A stretch of 64,000 nucleotides of DNA from Chrysomallon squamiferum. Lineage: Eukaryota > Animalia > Mollusca. Numbering within the stretch: position 1 is the first letter of the stretch; every line of letters starts with the position of its first letter. The notes below the pieces were generated by a model. The model saw only the letters and a program-made list of their open reading frames with translations. It searched no databases and was not told where the DNA came from. The stretch covers positions 7,378,001 to 7,442,000 of the forward strand of contig CM022676.1 of assembly GCA_012295275.1 (NCBI GenBank), in the 5' to 3' direction. This document shows, one piece after another, positions 1 to 13,979 of this stretch. The position numbers and the translations under genes were made by a program.

Positions 1-58
1 TATTAGTAGTAGTAGTAGTAGTATTGTTGTTGTTATTATTATTATTTATTTATTTCAG

Positions 59-761
59 ACGGTCCCGGTAGCTCACTTCGAGTTAATTCTTCATCTAACA
101 TCGCAGTAGAGGAAGGAAGTGATGTCACAATATCATGCGAAGCCGATTGCTTCATCAATTGTCTTTACAGATGGGAACTAACCAATCAGATTGTCAGTAA
201 CAACGGACTACTGGCACTGACTAATATCAAGAGATTTCAAGATGGCGTCTACACATGCACTGCTGTTAATCCGGATACGAACGAAACGGCAAATACCAAA
301 ATTATTATTAATGTTGAGTGTAAGTTTTAATTCATTTTATTTTGCATATAATTTTGAATACAAATCATCAAAGGTTTATAGAAAAATATGTGAATAGGAA
401 AAAAGATAAACAGACAGATAGATAAGTTGATAAACAGCGAGATGGACAGACAAAGAGACAGCTAGAGAGACATATAGATTTTTACAGAGAAATACACAGC
501 TGTATAGACAGACATACAGATGAACAGACATATGTAGATATATATAGACATACAGAAAGACAGATTATAAACAAATAGATAGATAGACAGAGACACAGAC
601 AAAAAGTAGATATATTTATAAACTGGTGGATTAAAAATATCGACAGATACTCAGAGAAATAGACAGATACTGAGATAGATAGATAGACAGGTGGAGAGAG
701 AGAGTAAAATGGATATATAAATATATAAACTAGAATAAATTAATAGTATTTTAATTTTTAT

Positions 762-846
<85 letters not shown>

Positions 847-3416
847 TTAATATTTATTTTCTATTAGTGGAATACATGGTCTGCATTACTTTGACATAGT
901 TTAGTTTCTGTCTGGTTTTCATAAGTCACACATGAATATTAAAATCTACTTTTTTTTTTTATCACCAGACCAACCGTCCATTACGTCGACAGTGATAATT
1001 AAACATTTAACTAACTATACAAGGAAGAATAAACTAAATGTAACATTTGTATGTGACGTTGCCAGTAATCCGAAGTCCGCCATTAAATTATTGAAAGGGA
1101 GACAACTGTTACACCACATTCAGAACGCTACAACGTTGGAATACAGTTGGATAGTGACATCTTGTTTGGATTGGGAAGGATTTTATTGTGAGGCAGAAAA
1201 CAAAATAAAAACAGCAGTCAGAAAGTCCTTGGAATTGGCTGATCTATGTACGTTACCTTGATTCTATATGTGTGTGTGTCGATAAGTATGTATGAATGTA
1301 GGTATGTGTGTGTGTGTGTGTGTGTGTGTACATCACCTTCATTCTGCATATGTGTATCGATTTGTGCATATGTGTATGTAAATATGTTCGAAAGTATATT
1401 TATGTCAGTATATATGGAGGTGTAAATTCATATATGTGTGTGTGTGTGTGTGTGTGTTTATGTATATAACATTTGTTTTTAAATAGGTACACATTTATAC
1501 TAGTATGTATCAATATATTTATGTTTATGTAGGTAATGCTTTGTAATGTAAAATATGTATGTATGTACATATGTATCTGTGAATGTATGTATGTATATAA
1601 ATGTCTATAGATTTATGTATAACATAAGTGTATTTTTATGTATAAATGTAATGTCATAGAATGTAATTTATGTACATACATATGTATTTATGTATTTATA
1701 TATGTATTTATATGTATATGCGTATGTATGTACATACATTTCAATATAGTTAAGTATATGCAGGTGTATATTCATGTATTTATGTATTTATATATATCTG
1801 TGTGTCAGTATATTTATGTATATGTAGGTGTATATTCATGTTTGTACATAATGTAATGTAATTCGATGTATTATGTATAATTAATATGTATGTGGGTGTG
1901 TGTGTATGTAATGTGTATCTATCTATATATGCCTGTATGTTTGTAATGTGTATCTATATAAATATATGTATCTGTCTATCTGTGTGTATGTACGTTGTAT
2001 GTGTCTCTGTGCTTATGTAGTATGTGTTTATGTAGTATGCACATATGCATATTTATTACGTAAGGCACAGTTAATACCAATAAAAGTTACCGTTTTAAAC
2101 TGAAGATACCTTAACAATATCAAATAAATAATCACCTACATTTTGAAGGTATATAAATAATAGCAAATAGAAATTTCCTACCTATGGAAGAAATATAAAT
2201 CATGTATTAATTTAATCTCACTTTTTTATTTTTATTAATGAATTTTCAGGTGCTGTAGAAGACAGCAGTCAGTTTGGAAAAGGATTTGGCAGCGGTTTTG
2301 GAACTTGTTTTGTTCTGTCTGTGATCATTGCCATTGTCGTTGTTATCTACTTCCGATATAAAAGAAGTGATTATTTATTTGTTTGTTTGTTTGCTTGTTT
2401 CATCCTTCCCTCTTTCTTTCTTTATTTTTTTGTTGTTTTAAAAAATTTTATTTTCTATTATTTGATTTATTTATTCATCATGCATTTATTTGTTCGTTCG
2501 TTCAGTTATTCATTCATTAATGATATTGTTTCTTTATTGTTTGGATTTTTTTTTTTTTTTTAGCTCGTTTATTTATTTTATTGATGTTTTAATTACACGC
2601 ATCTATTCAGTGCAGGGGAGATAAATCCAGTCAAGTTTGTACAATGACTTTAAACATTCTACTACAATCTACCTTATTCATGATGGAGATGAGGCTATTA
2701 TTAATATTATTATTGTTATTATTACAGGAAAAAAGAAGCCAGCTCCCAATCCAGAAAGGTAAATTAATTTATACATTTTGATTACTTTTCTTTTTATCTC
2801 TAAAATGTATTCATGCGTTTATGTACGTACTCGTATATGTATTCATTTATGTACGGATGTGTGTATATAACCATGTATCTATTATGCACATATGTCTGTC
2901 TGTCTCTATGTACCTGTGTATGTTTGGGTCTGTATATTTTTAGGTATGAATGTATGTATGTATACATGTATGTATATGTGTACATGCGTACATATGTAAA
3001 CTATTTTTGTAACCTGTATGTATATATGTGTAACATATATTTATATGTATGAATAAATAAGTATGTATATACGTGTGTATGTTTGCATTCTTTTGTTCGT
3101 ACTCGGATTATTGCATCAATGTATATGTAATATATTTTATTTACTTTTAAAATTTCAGAATCAGCACTATTCAACCTGTGTACTTCAATGTTGGTCAGAT
3201 TTCTGGTAAGTTGACATATGCATATATATACACACACGGATACATATACATATATACTGACATATATACATACATATACATACATATATACATACATACA
3301 TACCCACATAAATACATGCAGTTATGCATACACACATACATTCAAACATACATACATACATACAAACACACAATACAATACATACATACATACATACCCA
3401 CATACACATATACATA

Positions 3417-3456
<40 letters not shown>

Positions 3457-4033
3457 AATACATACATGTATACCAGTGATTCCCAAGTTGAAAGTGATGT
3501 AAAATGACCAAACTTCCAGTTCCACTTCGTCTACACGTGTAATCGTGTATCTGGCAGCAGCTACGAACAGTTTGTTTACACTGATTTTAGCTTTGTTTAA
3601 TTAAAAGATTTCTATTTTATATTACAGTAATCACGCTTTTATAAAACTCAGCTGGTTTTTATACCAAAGGGGAACATTTTTTAGATGTTGAGGTTGGGCA
3701 TGGAGCAAAAACGATTGGGAACCACTAATTAGATACTTACATACACACAAATAAACACATACATACATATATACATACATACATACATATATATGTACCA
3801 ATCTACATGCAATAAAGTTTCTTACATGGATATTAATACACACACAAACACACGCACACATACACACAACATACATGAATGTACATATAAGTGAAAAGAT
3901 AATTTCATTCCATGTTTCAGAAAATCAGACTGAACCAGCGCCTCTACATCGAGATACAGGGAATCTATATTCTTCTCTACAGGAAAGTGGAAATGACGTT
4001 CCATATGACGTCTTAAAATTTGAAAGCAAATGA
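59..4033 (+). CDS. Receptor A: 3' part of an IgSF type I membrane receptor (2 visible Ig domains, TM, single-ITAM tail); 5' exons lie outside the window
   Basis: Phase-consistent GT-AG exons 59-319 (DGPGSSLRV..CEADCFINCLYRW..DGVYTC), 969-1247 (Ig, CDVASNP..FYCEAEN), 2250-2366 (TM, FGKGFGSGFGTCFVLSVIIAIVVVIYFRYKR), 2728-2758, 3159-3205 (ISTIQPVYFNV) and 3921-4033 (NLYSSLQESGNDVPYDVLKFESK*). The frame is open throughout. Confidence 0.88.
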
Positions 4034-4689
4034 ACTGTTGTTCCTGAGTGATAAAGAAGAAATCAAGTACTATTTGTTTATCACTCACTTCTTAAGGCAC
4101 TTTGATGAAAACATGAAGAATATTAAAATGTTATTTTTTTTTTATTAATGTATAAAGACTTCATTTTCTACAGTGACACCAGATTTGCACTGTGTAAAGA
4201 GCTATCTGTCAGAAAAGTTATAAACACTTTAACGAGTTTCCAATCGCGAATTTCAACCATTCATTAACATTGTGTGAACTGTGACTGTAACTGTGACAAA
4301 GTATTGGGAGATTTGTAATGTAAAATCAATGTATTTACATGTTCAATATCCTTACACATTACATTTACAAGAAACAAAAGAAACGGAAGAGGTGGAGGAA
4401 GGAAAACACAAATTAATTAATATAATCACTTACATCTGTACACTTTTACAACTCTGAATACACATGCGTTACAAAGATATGACTTCTGAATAAAACAATA
4501 AATTTACCTCTTTTGTCCTGAAAAGCTTTAGTAATTTACTTCTTTTTGCCCTCTTTTGAAACTTCTAGACAGATATAGCAGATTTGATTTTACATGTTAT
4601 CCAGACTTAAAAGTTTCCCAGGAAGAGGAATCACTGATAAAAGAGAGATTTGCATATTGCTGCTTTTTAAACAATTGTTAAATAGTTTA

Positions 4690-4725
4690 AACCACATCTG
4701 CACAATAAAGCATTGTTCCTGTAAT

Positions 4726-4756
<31 letters not shown>

Positions 4757-5815
4757 TTAATTAATTGATTTATTGATTCATTAATTATTATTCTTTTTAA
4801 ATTTTTGTTCATCATAAGAACTTTAAGTGGAATGAAATCAAACGAAATAGAATAAAACTAAAACGATAATATTCTGCAGATCCTTTTAATAGAGTCGTAA
4901 GAAATTAACGGTCGAAGGGGACTAACTCTATTTAAGATAATGAATAAGAACCAAAACAGAGTTATTCCTGTTAGACCGTTAACTATATACTAAACCGCAT
5001 CTGCACAATAAAGGATTGTTGTTGCAATTTATTTATTTGTTTGTTTGTTTGTTTGTTTGTTTGTTTGTTTATTTATTTTATAGAAAACAAATTAAATTAA
5101 AGTAGAATAAAAATATAAGTTAAACAATAAGAATAATTTGTTGTGTAAATTGTTTTCATATAGTTATGACATGTTAGTAGTCTAAGGAGAATAACTCTAT
5201 TTAAGATAATACTTTTGAACTAAAAAAGTGTTATTCCTCTTAGACAGTTAACTTGTACTTTAAACAGCATCTGCACAATAAAGCATTGTTCCTATAATTT
5301 ATTTATTTATGTATTTATTTCATCAAAAAGAAATTTAAACAAAGTAAAATAAAACGAAACAGAATAAAATAATAAGAAATTCTTCTTCGGTTCCGTTTAA
5401 TAGAGTCAAAACAAGTTAACGGTCCAAGGGGAATAACTGTATTTAAGATAATAAATAAGAACTAAAACAGAGTTATTCCTTTTAGACCGTTTACAAGTAC
5501 TTTAAATCTCATCGGCAGAATTAAGACTGTATTTATTTATTTATTTATTAATTTATTTATTTATTTATTAATTATTATTCTTTTTAAGATTTATTTTATC
5601 AAAAAGAAATTTAAATGGAACGAAACAGAACAAAACTAAAAAGAGAATATTCTGCAGATCCGTTTAATAGAGTCGTAAGAAGTTAACGGTCTAAGGGGAA
5701 TAACTCTACTTAAGCTAATAAATAAGAACTAAAACAGAGTTATTCCTCTTAGACCGTTAACTTACAGTTTAAACCGCATTTCTATCATAAACCATTTTTC
5801 CTATAATTTATTTGT

Positions 5816-5870
<55 letters not shown>

Positions 5871-6524
5871 TCTATTTAAATAAAAAAAAATAAAATAAAA
5901 TAAAATAAAATAAAATCAAATATTAAAAAAATAACAACATATTTTCCAGGCCCCTTTAATACAGTTTATAAGAAGTTAACGGTCTAAGGGGAATAACTCT
6001 ACTTAAGCTAAAAAATAAGAACTAAAACAGAGTTATTCCTCTTATACCGTTAACTTATAGTTTAAAGCGCATTTGGATGATAAACGATTTTTGCTATAAT
6101 TTATTTATTTATTCATCTATTTACATAAGAAAGAAATTTAAATAAAATAAAATAAAACAAAACATCAAAACAATAATAAACTATTCTAAAGACCGTTAAC
6201 TTACAGTTTAAACCGCATCTGGACAATAAAGCATTGTTCCTGTAATTGATTGATTTATTTACTAATTTATTTATTGATTCATTAATTATTATTCTTTTTA
6301 AAATTTATTTTATAAAAAAGAAATTTAAATGAAATGAAATAAAACGAAATAGAATAAAACTAAAAAGATAATATTCTGTAGATCCGTTTAATTCAGTCGT
6401 AACAAGTTAACGGTCTAAGGGGACTAACTCTATTTAAAATAATGAATAAGAACTAAAACAGAGTTATTCCTCTTAGACCGTTAATTGTATTTTAAACCGC
6501 ATCTGCACAATAAAGGATTGTTGT

Positions 6525-6567
<43 letters not shown>

Positions 6568-6990
6568 TTTATTTATTTGTTTGTTTGTTTGTTTGTTTGT
6601 TTATTTTTTTGTTTGTTTGTTTATTTATTATTTATTTTATCAAAAATAAAATAAAATAAAATAAAACAACGAAATCAACAAAAACAATAAATTGTTGTGT
6701 AGATAATACGTAACAACTAAAACAGAGTTATTCTTCTTATTCCGTTAATTATACAGTAAAGCGCATCTGCACAGTAAAGGATTGTTGTTGCAATTTGTTT
6801 ATTTATTTATTTATTTATTTATTTTCTAAGAAAGAATTGAAATAAAATAAAAGAAAACAAAATCAAATAAACAATATCAATTAATTGTTGTGTAGATACG
6901 TGTAATAGAGTTATGACAAGTTGATGGTCTAAGAGGAATAACTCTAATATTATAAATAAATAAAATAATTAATTAAGGGAAATAACTCTA
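4690..6990. repeat. Tandem array of ~230-290 bp units, each with an internal ~27-bp inverted repeat (MITE-like satellite)
   Basis: Recurrent GTTAACGGTCTAAGGGGAATAACTCT...AGAGTTATTCCTCTTAGACCGTTAAC near 4905, 5170, 5410, 5680, 5970 and 6400, plus partial units, separated by (ATTT)n tracts. Confidence 0.9.
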
Positions 6991-7267
6991 ACATTAAAAC
7001 TTTAAGTCACTGAGCATTTGCCTTCTACGCCACTTTTTTTTTTAAAGACAGAAATACTTAATTTTGTTTAATAATTTAGGAAGAAAAAATGAAAAATATA
7101 CGGGTATAAATCATAGTTTTAGTCTCACCATTTGTTAGGAAAAAATGTATTCTATAATTTGTTATAATGTTTGTAACCGAAACAAAACTTGAAGACGGAG
7201 CCTACCTCTTTTCATTTTTAAACTTTTATGTAATATTATGATTAGGCTTAGTTTTGTTTATATAAAA

Positions 7268-7318
<51 letters not shown>

Positions 7319-7789
7319 ATATATAAATAAATAAATAAATATATAAAAAAATAAATAAATAAATAAATAAGTTTCCAATTTACTTCCACAGATGACTTCT
7401 GCTGAAACTTAAATAGCATGAAAAAGATGTTTTATATATTTATTTTAATTTTAAATGTGTCTTTAATTTCTAATTTTATTTTGATAACAGTCTGAATATT
7501 GTTTAGCTATTGAATCCAAGTATATTTTGCCATTTGTCTCTTGTGGACTGTTTCATTATTTTCATTGCTGTCCACAGAGATCCACCGAATTTACCGTTCT
7601 AACATGCGCAATAGATTTCAGCCATTGTCAGGGACGGCACCAGACTATCTGGTGCTCTAGGCCAGGTTAGATTCTGGCGCCCCCAGGAAAATATCAATTT
7701 CAAAATTATATAAGTAATAAAAAAAAAAAAATTAAAAATACCCATCTGTGCTCAAATGTCCGGACACTCTAAAAACAAACACTACTTGA

Positions 7790-8260
7790 TGCTATTTTAT
7801 TTGCAAATATAAGACAAGAATAAGCAGACATATAGATAGCCAGACAAGAGGAGAACTTCCAGAAAGGTTCCGATGTCATGCTGATTGGTATCAGAACTGT
7901 GAGTAGCACTGTCACATTTGGCTTACATCTTTGTATGGTGAGCAGTGTAGTTCATAACAAAAATAGCTGAAACAGTTCTACAATACACAAAATCTGTTTG
8001 AGAAATCTGGATCTTTTGCTGTAGCCTAAGGTTGTTGTATTTATCTGTTTCGTCATCTCTTCGTCCCCAAATAAACCGAGGTGTTTTGGTGATTGCTGTT
8101 GCTGGTGAGGTAGCATAGATTTAATTTTGTTGTCTGGATTGTTCTGCTTGCTGTTGTTTGTTTTTAACTCTGTCGTGATCTCTTGATTCTGAAGAAAGTT
8201 GTTGATTCTTAGATTCAGTGGCAGCTCAGTAACCAGCGCTTTGAAGCAGAAAATTCTCTC
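7790..8260 (-). mobile_element. Degenerate piggyBac (PGBD-like) transposase fragment
   Basis: The minus strand gives, across frameshifts and stops, VELFQLF, HTKM*AK and DTNQHDIGTFLEVLLLSGY. These resemble the PGBD ELFxLF / TNxYA / EIxxFLGILLLSGY blocks. Confidence 0.6.
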
Positions 8261-9759
8261 GATGATTTAAACAATGAACACCATCCCTATTTTCATCAGT
8301 TTCAGAACTATCAAGTAGAGACAAATCTAAATATCCGCATCCAAAACATTTTCGTTTTCAAGAATGGGTGGTATGTTGTTGAATTAAATAATAAATAAAT
8401 AATAAGATTACAACAACGGTTGCTCCACATACAATATTTTCACTTGCACACTGAAAAAGTTTGTTTCTGTGTTGTAAAGAATCGACTTGTGTGGGATATT
8501 CTAATGTAGAAATTTGTGGTTTTACACATTACATTTACAAGAAACAAAAGAAACGGAAGAGGTGGAGGAGGAAAATATAAATTAATTAATGTAATCACTT
8601 ACATCTGTACACTTTTACAACTCTGAGTAAACATGCATTACAAAGATATGACTTCTGAATAAAATAATAAATTGATATCTTTTGTCCTGAAAAGTTTTTA
8701 GTCATTTGTTTTCCTTTTTGCCCTCTTTTGAAACTTCTAGAAATGTACAGCAGATGTAAATAGTTCATTTTACATATTATTCAGACTTAACAGTTATTCA
8801 GGAAGAGGAATCATTAAGAAAAGAAAGAATTCCATATTGTTTTATTTTTTTAACAATGGTTAAAATGATAGAAAATGGATTAAAAGAATTGTGAGCAAGA
8901 AGATAGAACGGGAAATAGGACAAAGGACGCAATAAAAGCAACTGATGTAACTACTAAACTAGTGTGTGCTGTTGTTTTGTTCATTATGTTATGTTTCGTT
9001 ATCTTAGAGCAGGTTTGTTTCTGTTTCAGCTTTTATACACATACATACACACACACACACACATAAACATACACATACATATACACTTAAGTGAACAAAA
9101 TATTATATGGGTTTTCTGTAAAATATTTAAAAACACTGATAAATATATTTATTGTTGCTCACTATGTTGTTAAGATAATATTTAATGATTAGATAGATAT
9201 TCATCTGAACATAAATATTAATACACAGTAAATAAAATGTTCAGTTCTCTATTATAATTTAATGTTTCGCATCGTACCTAAATAAAGCAACGTTTCTCTG
9301 CGTACACAATAAATAATGTTTTTCATTTTTTTCTCTATCGATTTTTGTGGTTCGGCCATTCTGATTTAACACACATCTCTTTTCTTTTCTATAATTCTCT
9401 GTTTATCTGTTACTTGTCTTTGTCCATCTGCTTCTCTGTCTGATATATGCGTTTATAATTTCTTTTTTACAAAATAAATAAATAAATTACAACAATAATC
9501 CTTTTATTGTGCAGATGTGGTTTAGAATATAATAAACGGTCTAAAGAGGAATAACTCTTATATAGAGTTATTCCCCTTAACTTGTCCAACTGTATTATAC
9601 GTATCTACACAACAATTTATTACTATTGTTTATTTGGTTAATTGGGAAAAAAAGATTTAATGATGTAAATAATCTTTCATATGCGGCTGCTTCATAACGT
9701 CCTGAATTAAATTTGCTAAACTTGTCTGAAAGACGGATTCAGTGATATTTATAGGAGGT

Positions 9760-9872
<113 letters not shown>

Positions 9873-9994
9873 TACACACACACAAACACGAATACACACA
9901 CACATAAACACATACAGTTAAAAATGAAACATCAAGACAGCCGACATAAAACAGGTGATAATAAGTATTTCACCAGACTTTCTGAAACTCTGGA

Positions 9995-10295
9995 TAAATA
10001 GTCCTAATACAGTTAATTCATTATTACGTTGATAACACAGTACCCATTAATACAGTGAATTTATGATTACATTGACAACGAAGTACACATTAATATAGTG
10101 AATTCATGATTACGTTGATAACGCAGTACACATTAATGCAGTCAATTCATGATTACATTGACAACTCAGTACACATTAATACAGAGAATTCATTATTAAG
10201 TTGACAACACAGTACACATTAATACAGTGAATTCATGATTACATTGACAACTCAGTACACATTAATACAGTGAATTCTTGGTTATGTTGATGGGA
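9995..10295. repeat. ~43-bp minisatellite (CAGTACACATTAATACAGTGAATTCATGATTACATTGACAA)
   Basis: About 6-7 tandem copies. A related shorter-unit array lies in intron 1 of gene C (35080-35215, reverse strand). Confidence 0.85.
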
Positions 10296-10559
10296 CCAGT
10301 TTATAAATAAGATTATGATTTAAAAACACTTGATTTTTATATTCTATTCCTAACCAGCTTAGACTTAGGTTTTCTCTATATAATTTGTTTATACACTAAA
10401 CTTCGGTAGTCTCACACACTGACGCAAAACAGTGTCTAGATTGAACTAGACTGAAGTACAGTGACAATAATATAATTTAAAGTTATATCAAACAATATAA
10501 TGAGATACTTTACAATATAATATAATATTGCACGATATGATATCATAAGAACACAAAAG

Positions 10560-11056
10560 AAAAAATACAGTAACTTGGCAGAAACAGTATGAGGTGTTTG
10601 GGGTTGGAGTTTTTTGGTCGTCTTCTTCCATCCATGGCTGGTTTTAAACAGAGTTGTAGAGATACAATATATCAGATTAAAACTAGCCAAGTCATGTCAT
10701 GCGGTAAGAAATAAAACTGACAAACTGCCAACTTCAAAATGGTCGCCCTTTATCTCTTTATAACATCCAGTTTATTATGAAATATCACCTGAGAAATTGC
10801 ACAAACATTTTTCATTATTAAAAATGAACGCACGCACATTCAACACACATACACACATACACATATATAGAAATCTGTGTTTGTATATATATACACACAC
10901 ACACACACACAAGATATAAAGATGAGCATACGCACATACACATGTCTTTACTCACCTACTTACTTACAAAGAAAAAAAACAACACATTCAGCATACATAC
11001 ATGCATGGATATGTGCATAGATATATACTACATGCATACATACATACATACATACA

Positions 11057-11090
<34 letters not shown>

Positions 11091-11897
11091 CATACACACG
11101 TAAGCACTTATCTACATACACATTGCTATAATATAAATAAATACATAATTATAATATAATATTGCACGATATGATATCATAACAACACAATATAAAAAAT
11201 ACAGTGACTTGGCAGAAAGAATATTAGATGTTTGGGGTCACATTTTTGTGTGCGTATGCTTCCATCCATGGCTGGTTTTAAACAGAGTTGTAGAGATACA
11301 ATATATCAGATTAAAACTAGCCAAGTCATGTCATGCGGTAAGAAATAAAACTGACAAACTGCCAACTTCAAAATGGCCGCCCTTTATAACATCCAGTTTA
11401 TTATGAAATATCATCTAAGAATTTGTAGAAATATTTTTCATTATTAAAAATGAAAGCACGCACACACACACACATACACATGTATATACAAATCTGTGTT
11501 TGTGTCTATATATATATATATATAGACACACACACAACATATAAAGATGAACATACGCACATACATGTATTTACTCACCTACTTACTTACAAAGAAAAAA
11601 AAAGGAAACCAATTCAGCATACATACATGGATATATACATGCGTAACCACTTATCTACATACACATTGCTATAATATATATAAACACATACGTAGATACA
11701 TACACACAGGCATAACCTCCAAAAAAAGCATTACCCACCAACAAAAAAAAAAAAACAACAACAACGAAACAAATCAAGTATTCAAAATATAACTTGAGTA
11801 AACCTATAAAGTGGGGAAAAGTATTAATAATAATAATCATATTAATAATAATAATAACAATAATAATAATAATAATCATATTAATAATAATAATAAC

Positions 11898-11942
<45 letters not shown>

Positions 11943-12301
11943 CAATACAACAACAACGACAACAAAAAAGCACGAAAACAAACAAACGAAAAAGAAAAAT
12001 CAAACAGAGATTGAATAACAGATTCAGGCTGAAAGGTTAGTAAATGTGATTGTGAGAAATGAGTTTTGAAAGAAACTAAGACAGAACAATTGCAAATCAC
12101 TATACACACAAATAGTAAAGTCGTTGAATATTTTGATATCAGAGACTGGAGTATGTTGAGAATGGTACAACAGATACGGCGATTACAGAAACGATTAGAA
12201 ACATTGTTATTTCGCACATTTTTATATAATTATCTACGTTATAGGTGTATGTATACACACACGGATTTAGATGTATACTCAAAAAATAAGAATACAGCAC
12301 G

Positions 12302-12332
<31 letters not shown>

Positions 12333-12630
12333 ATTAGTGTATAACCGAACACAATAGAAAGACTATGCTACACAATAATTTGGCAGAAAGAGTATCATGT
12401 GCTTTGGGTTAGATCTTTTGTGCGTCGTCTTCCATCCATTGCTGGTTTTGAATAGAGTGTAGAGTTACGAATATCACAGTAAAACGAGTCCGTCTTGTCA
12501 TGACAGGAAAAACTAAACTTGACAAGCAGCCAAATTCAAAATGGCCGCCCTTTGTCTCTTTGCAGCACCCAGTTTATTATGAAATATGACATGAGAATTT
12601 GCACAAACATTTCTCATTATTAAAAACGAA
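10560..12630 (+). repeat. Three copies of a ~300-bp dispersed repeat (core CAAAATGGCCGCCCTTTATCTCTTTGCAGCACCCAGTTTATTATGAAATATCAC)
   Basis: Copies at ~10560-10830, 11190-11450 and 12340-12630. Further copies at ~15200, 17200, 44400, 45540, 47630, 47860 and 52970. Confidence 0.8.
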
Positions 12631-13181
12631 CAAAAAGGTGCTCGCGCGTGAACACACACACTCAAATGTATATATATATACATAAACGAAGATACGCACA
12701 TACACATATATTTACTTACCTACTTACATAGATAGGTACATACAAAAAAAAAACCACACAAAAAAACAACAACAACACAACAACAAACAAACACCTTCAG
12801 CATACATATATGCATACATACATACATTCATATATACGTAACAACTTATCTACATACCTGCAAATACACAAATACGTGTTTCTATAATATAAAATACCTA
12901 CATACGTGCACATATACACCCAGGCATAAACCCTCGCCGAAAAACATAAAAAAAAGTAAACATAAAAACAAATAAACGTATTGAAGAAAATCAAGTATTC
13001 AAAATATAACGCTGTATGGCAAGTCTAAGACCTGGATTCAAATCAGTGAATTTAATTTATTAATAGAAATGTATAACAACCCAGAGGTTACTTTATAAAA
13101 AATAAAACGAATTTTCATATTACGAAAATAAGATATAATAAAAACTGTATTTTTATTAACGTGAAAACTAAAATAAAGGAA

Positions 13182-13979
13182 ATGAGTTGTAAGTTATTCT
13201 GTGTGTTCGTGTTACTGGGATGTGTATTGTACATACGTATTTTCTGTTCAGATTATTTATCTCTATCCGAATTCATTGCATTTCATTGTTAAATAGCTGA
13301 AATAACTGCTACATATTACTGACTAATTTAAATTAAAAAGCATAATTGTGTGTTTCGAAATTTTGATATACATTTGTATTACGACACGATACAGTAATAT
13401 AATATAACATAACAAGACATAACATAACAAAACTGTAACACAACTTAATGTAACGGAATATAATACAGTCTAAAATTATGTAAAAAATCGTAATAAAGTA
13501 ATAACAATGATGATACGACTTCTACTACTACCAATAATAGTAATAAATAAAAAGTATCATAAATTAGAAACAATGCAATTACATAAAAATAATTTGATTT
13601 AATTTAATTTAATTATATTTATATTTCAATTTATTTTATTTTATTTATTTATAATTTAAGGTCAGTATTATATGTTAACAATATCAGACAGATGTGCAGT
13701 TGTTGGATGACCTGTTACTTCTACTTGTCGAGAAATTCGTTCTCCGATTCTTTGTTTTATTATTGCTTGGTTTGTGAATAACACAGAATGCAAGATGCAT
13801 GAACTAGATGGACAAGGTCAGTGTCGTTTTCTTAATGAACATCCAGAAGAATACATTTTTAACTGTCTTTTTGAACGAATCATTCTCATAGTAAAGTCTG
13901 TCAAAATCAGTCAACATGAAACAGTATGGAGATATGATGAATATGGACGACGAAGCAATGAAATAAAACGAAGTGAGAG
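13182..13979 (+). pseudogene. Receptor pseudogene psi1: leader exon plus V-like exon only
   Basis: Leader MSCKLFCVFVLLGCVLY (13182-13236) has a damaged donor region. V exon 13661-13979 has an in-frame TGA at 13708, WRC>WRY and a 2-nt deletion near its end. No downstream exons. Confidence 0.88.

Noticed and set aside
2270-2305. FGKG/FGSG resembling an antigen-receptor J-segment FGxG motif
   Set aside because: No TxLxV strand follows. It runs directly into the hydrophobic TM in the same exon, and I saw no heptamer/nonamer RSS next to the V exons, which end in ordinary GT donors.
1638-3876. Many 60-140 aa ORFs rich in Y/I/H/T/C/V/M (also throughout the window)
   Set aside because: They are translations of (CA)n, (TA)n, (TATG)n, (TAA)n and (GA)n microsatellites.
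4690-6990. Palindromic repeats with intervening sequence, CRISPR-like at first sight
   Set aside because: The intervening sequences are homologous to each other and the period is ~250 bp, so this is a satellite.
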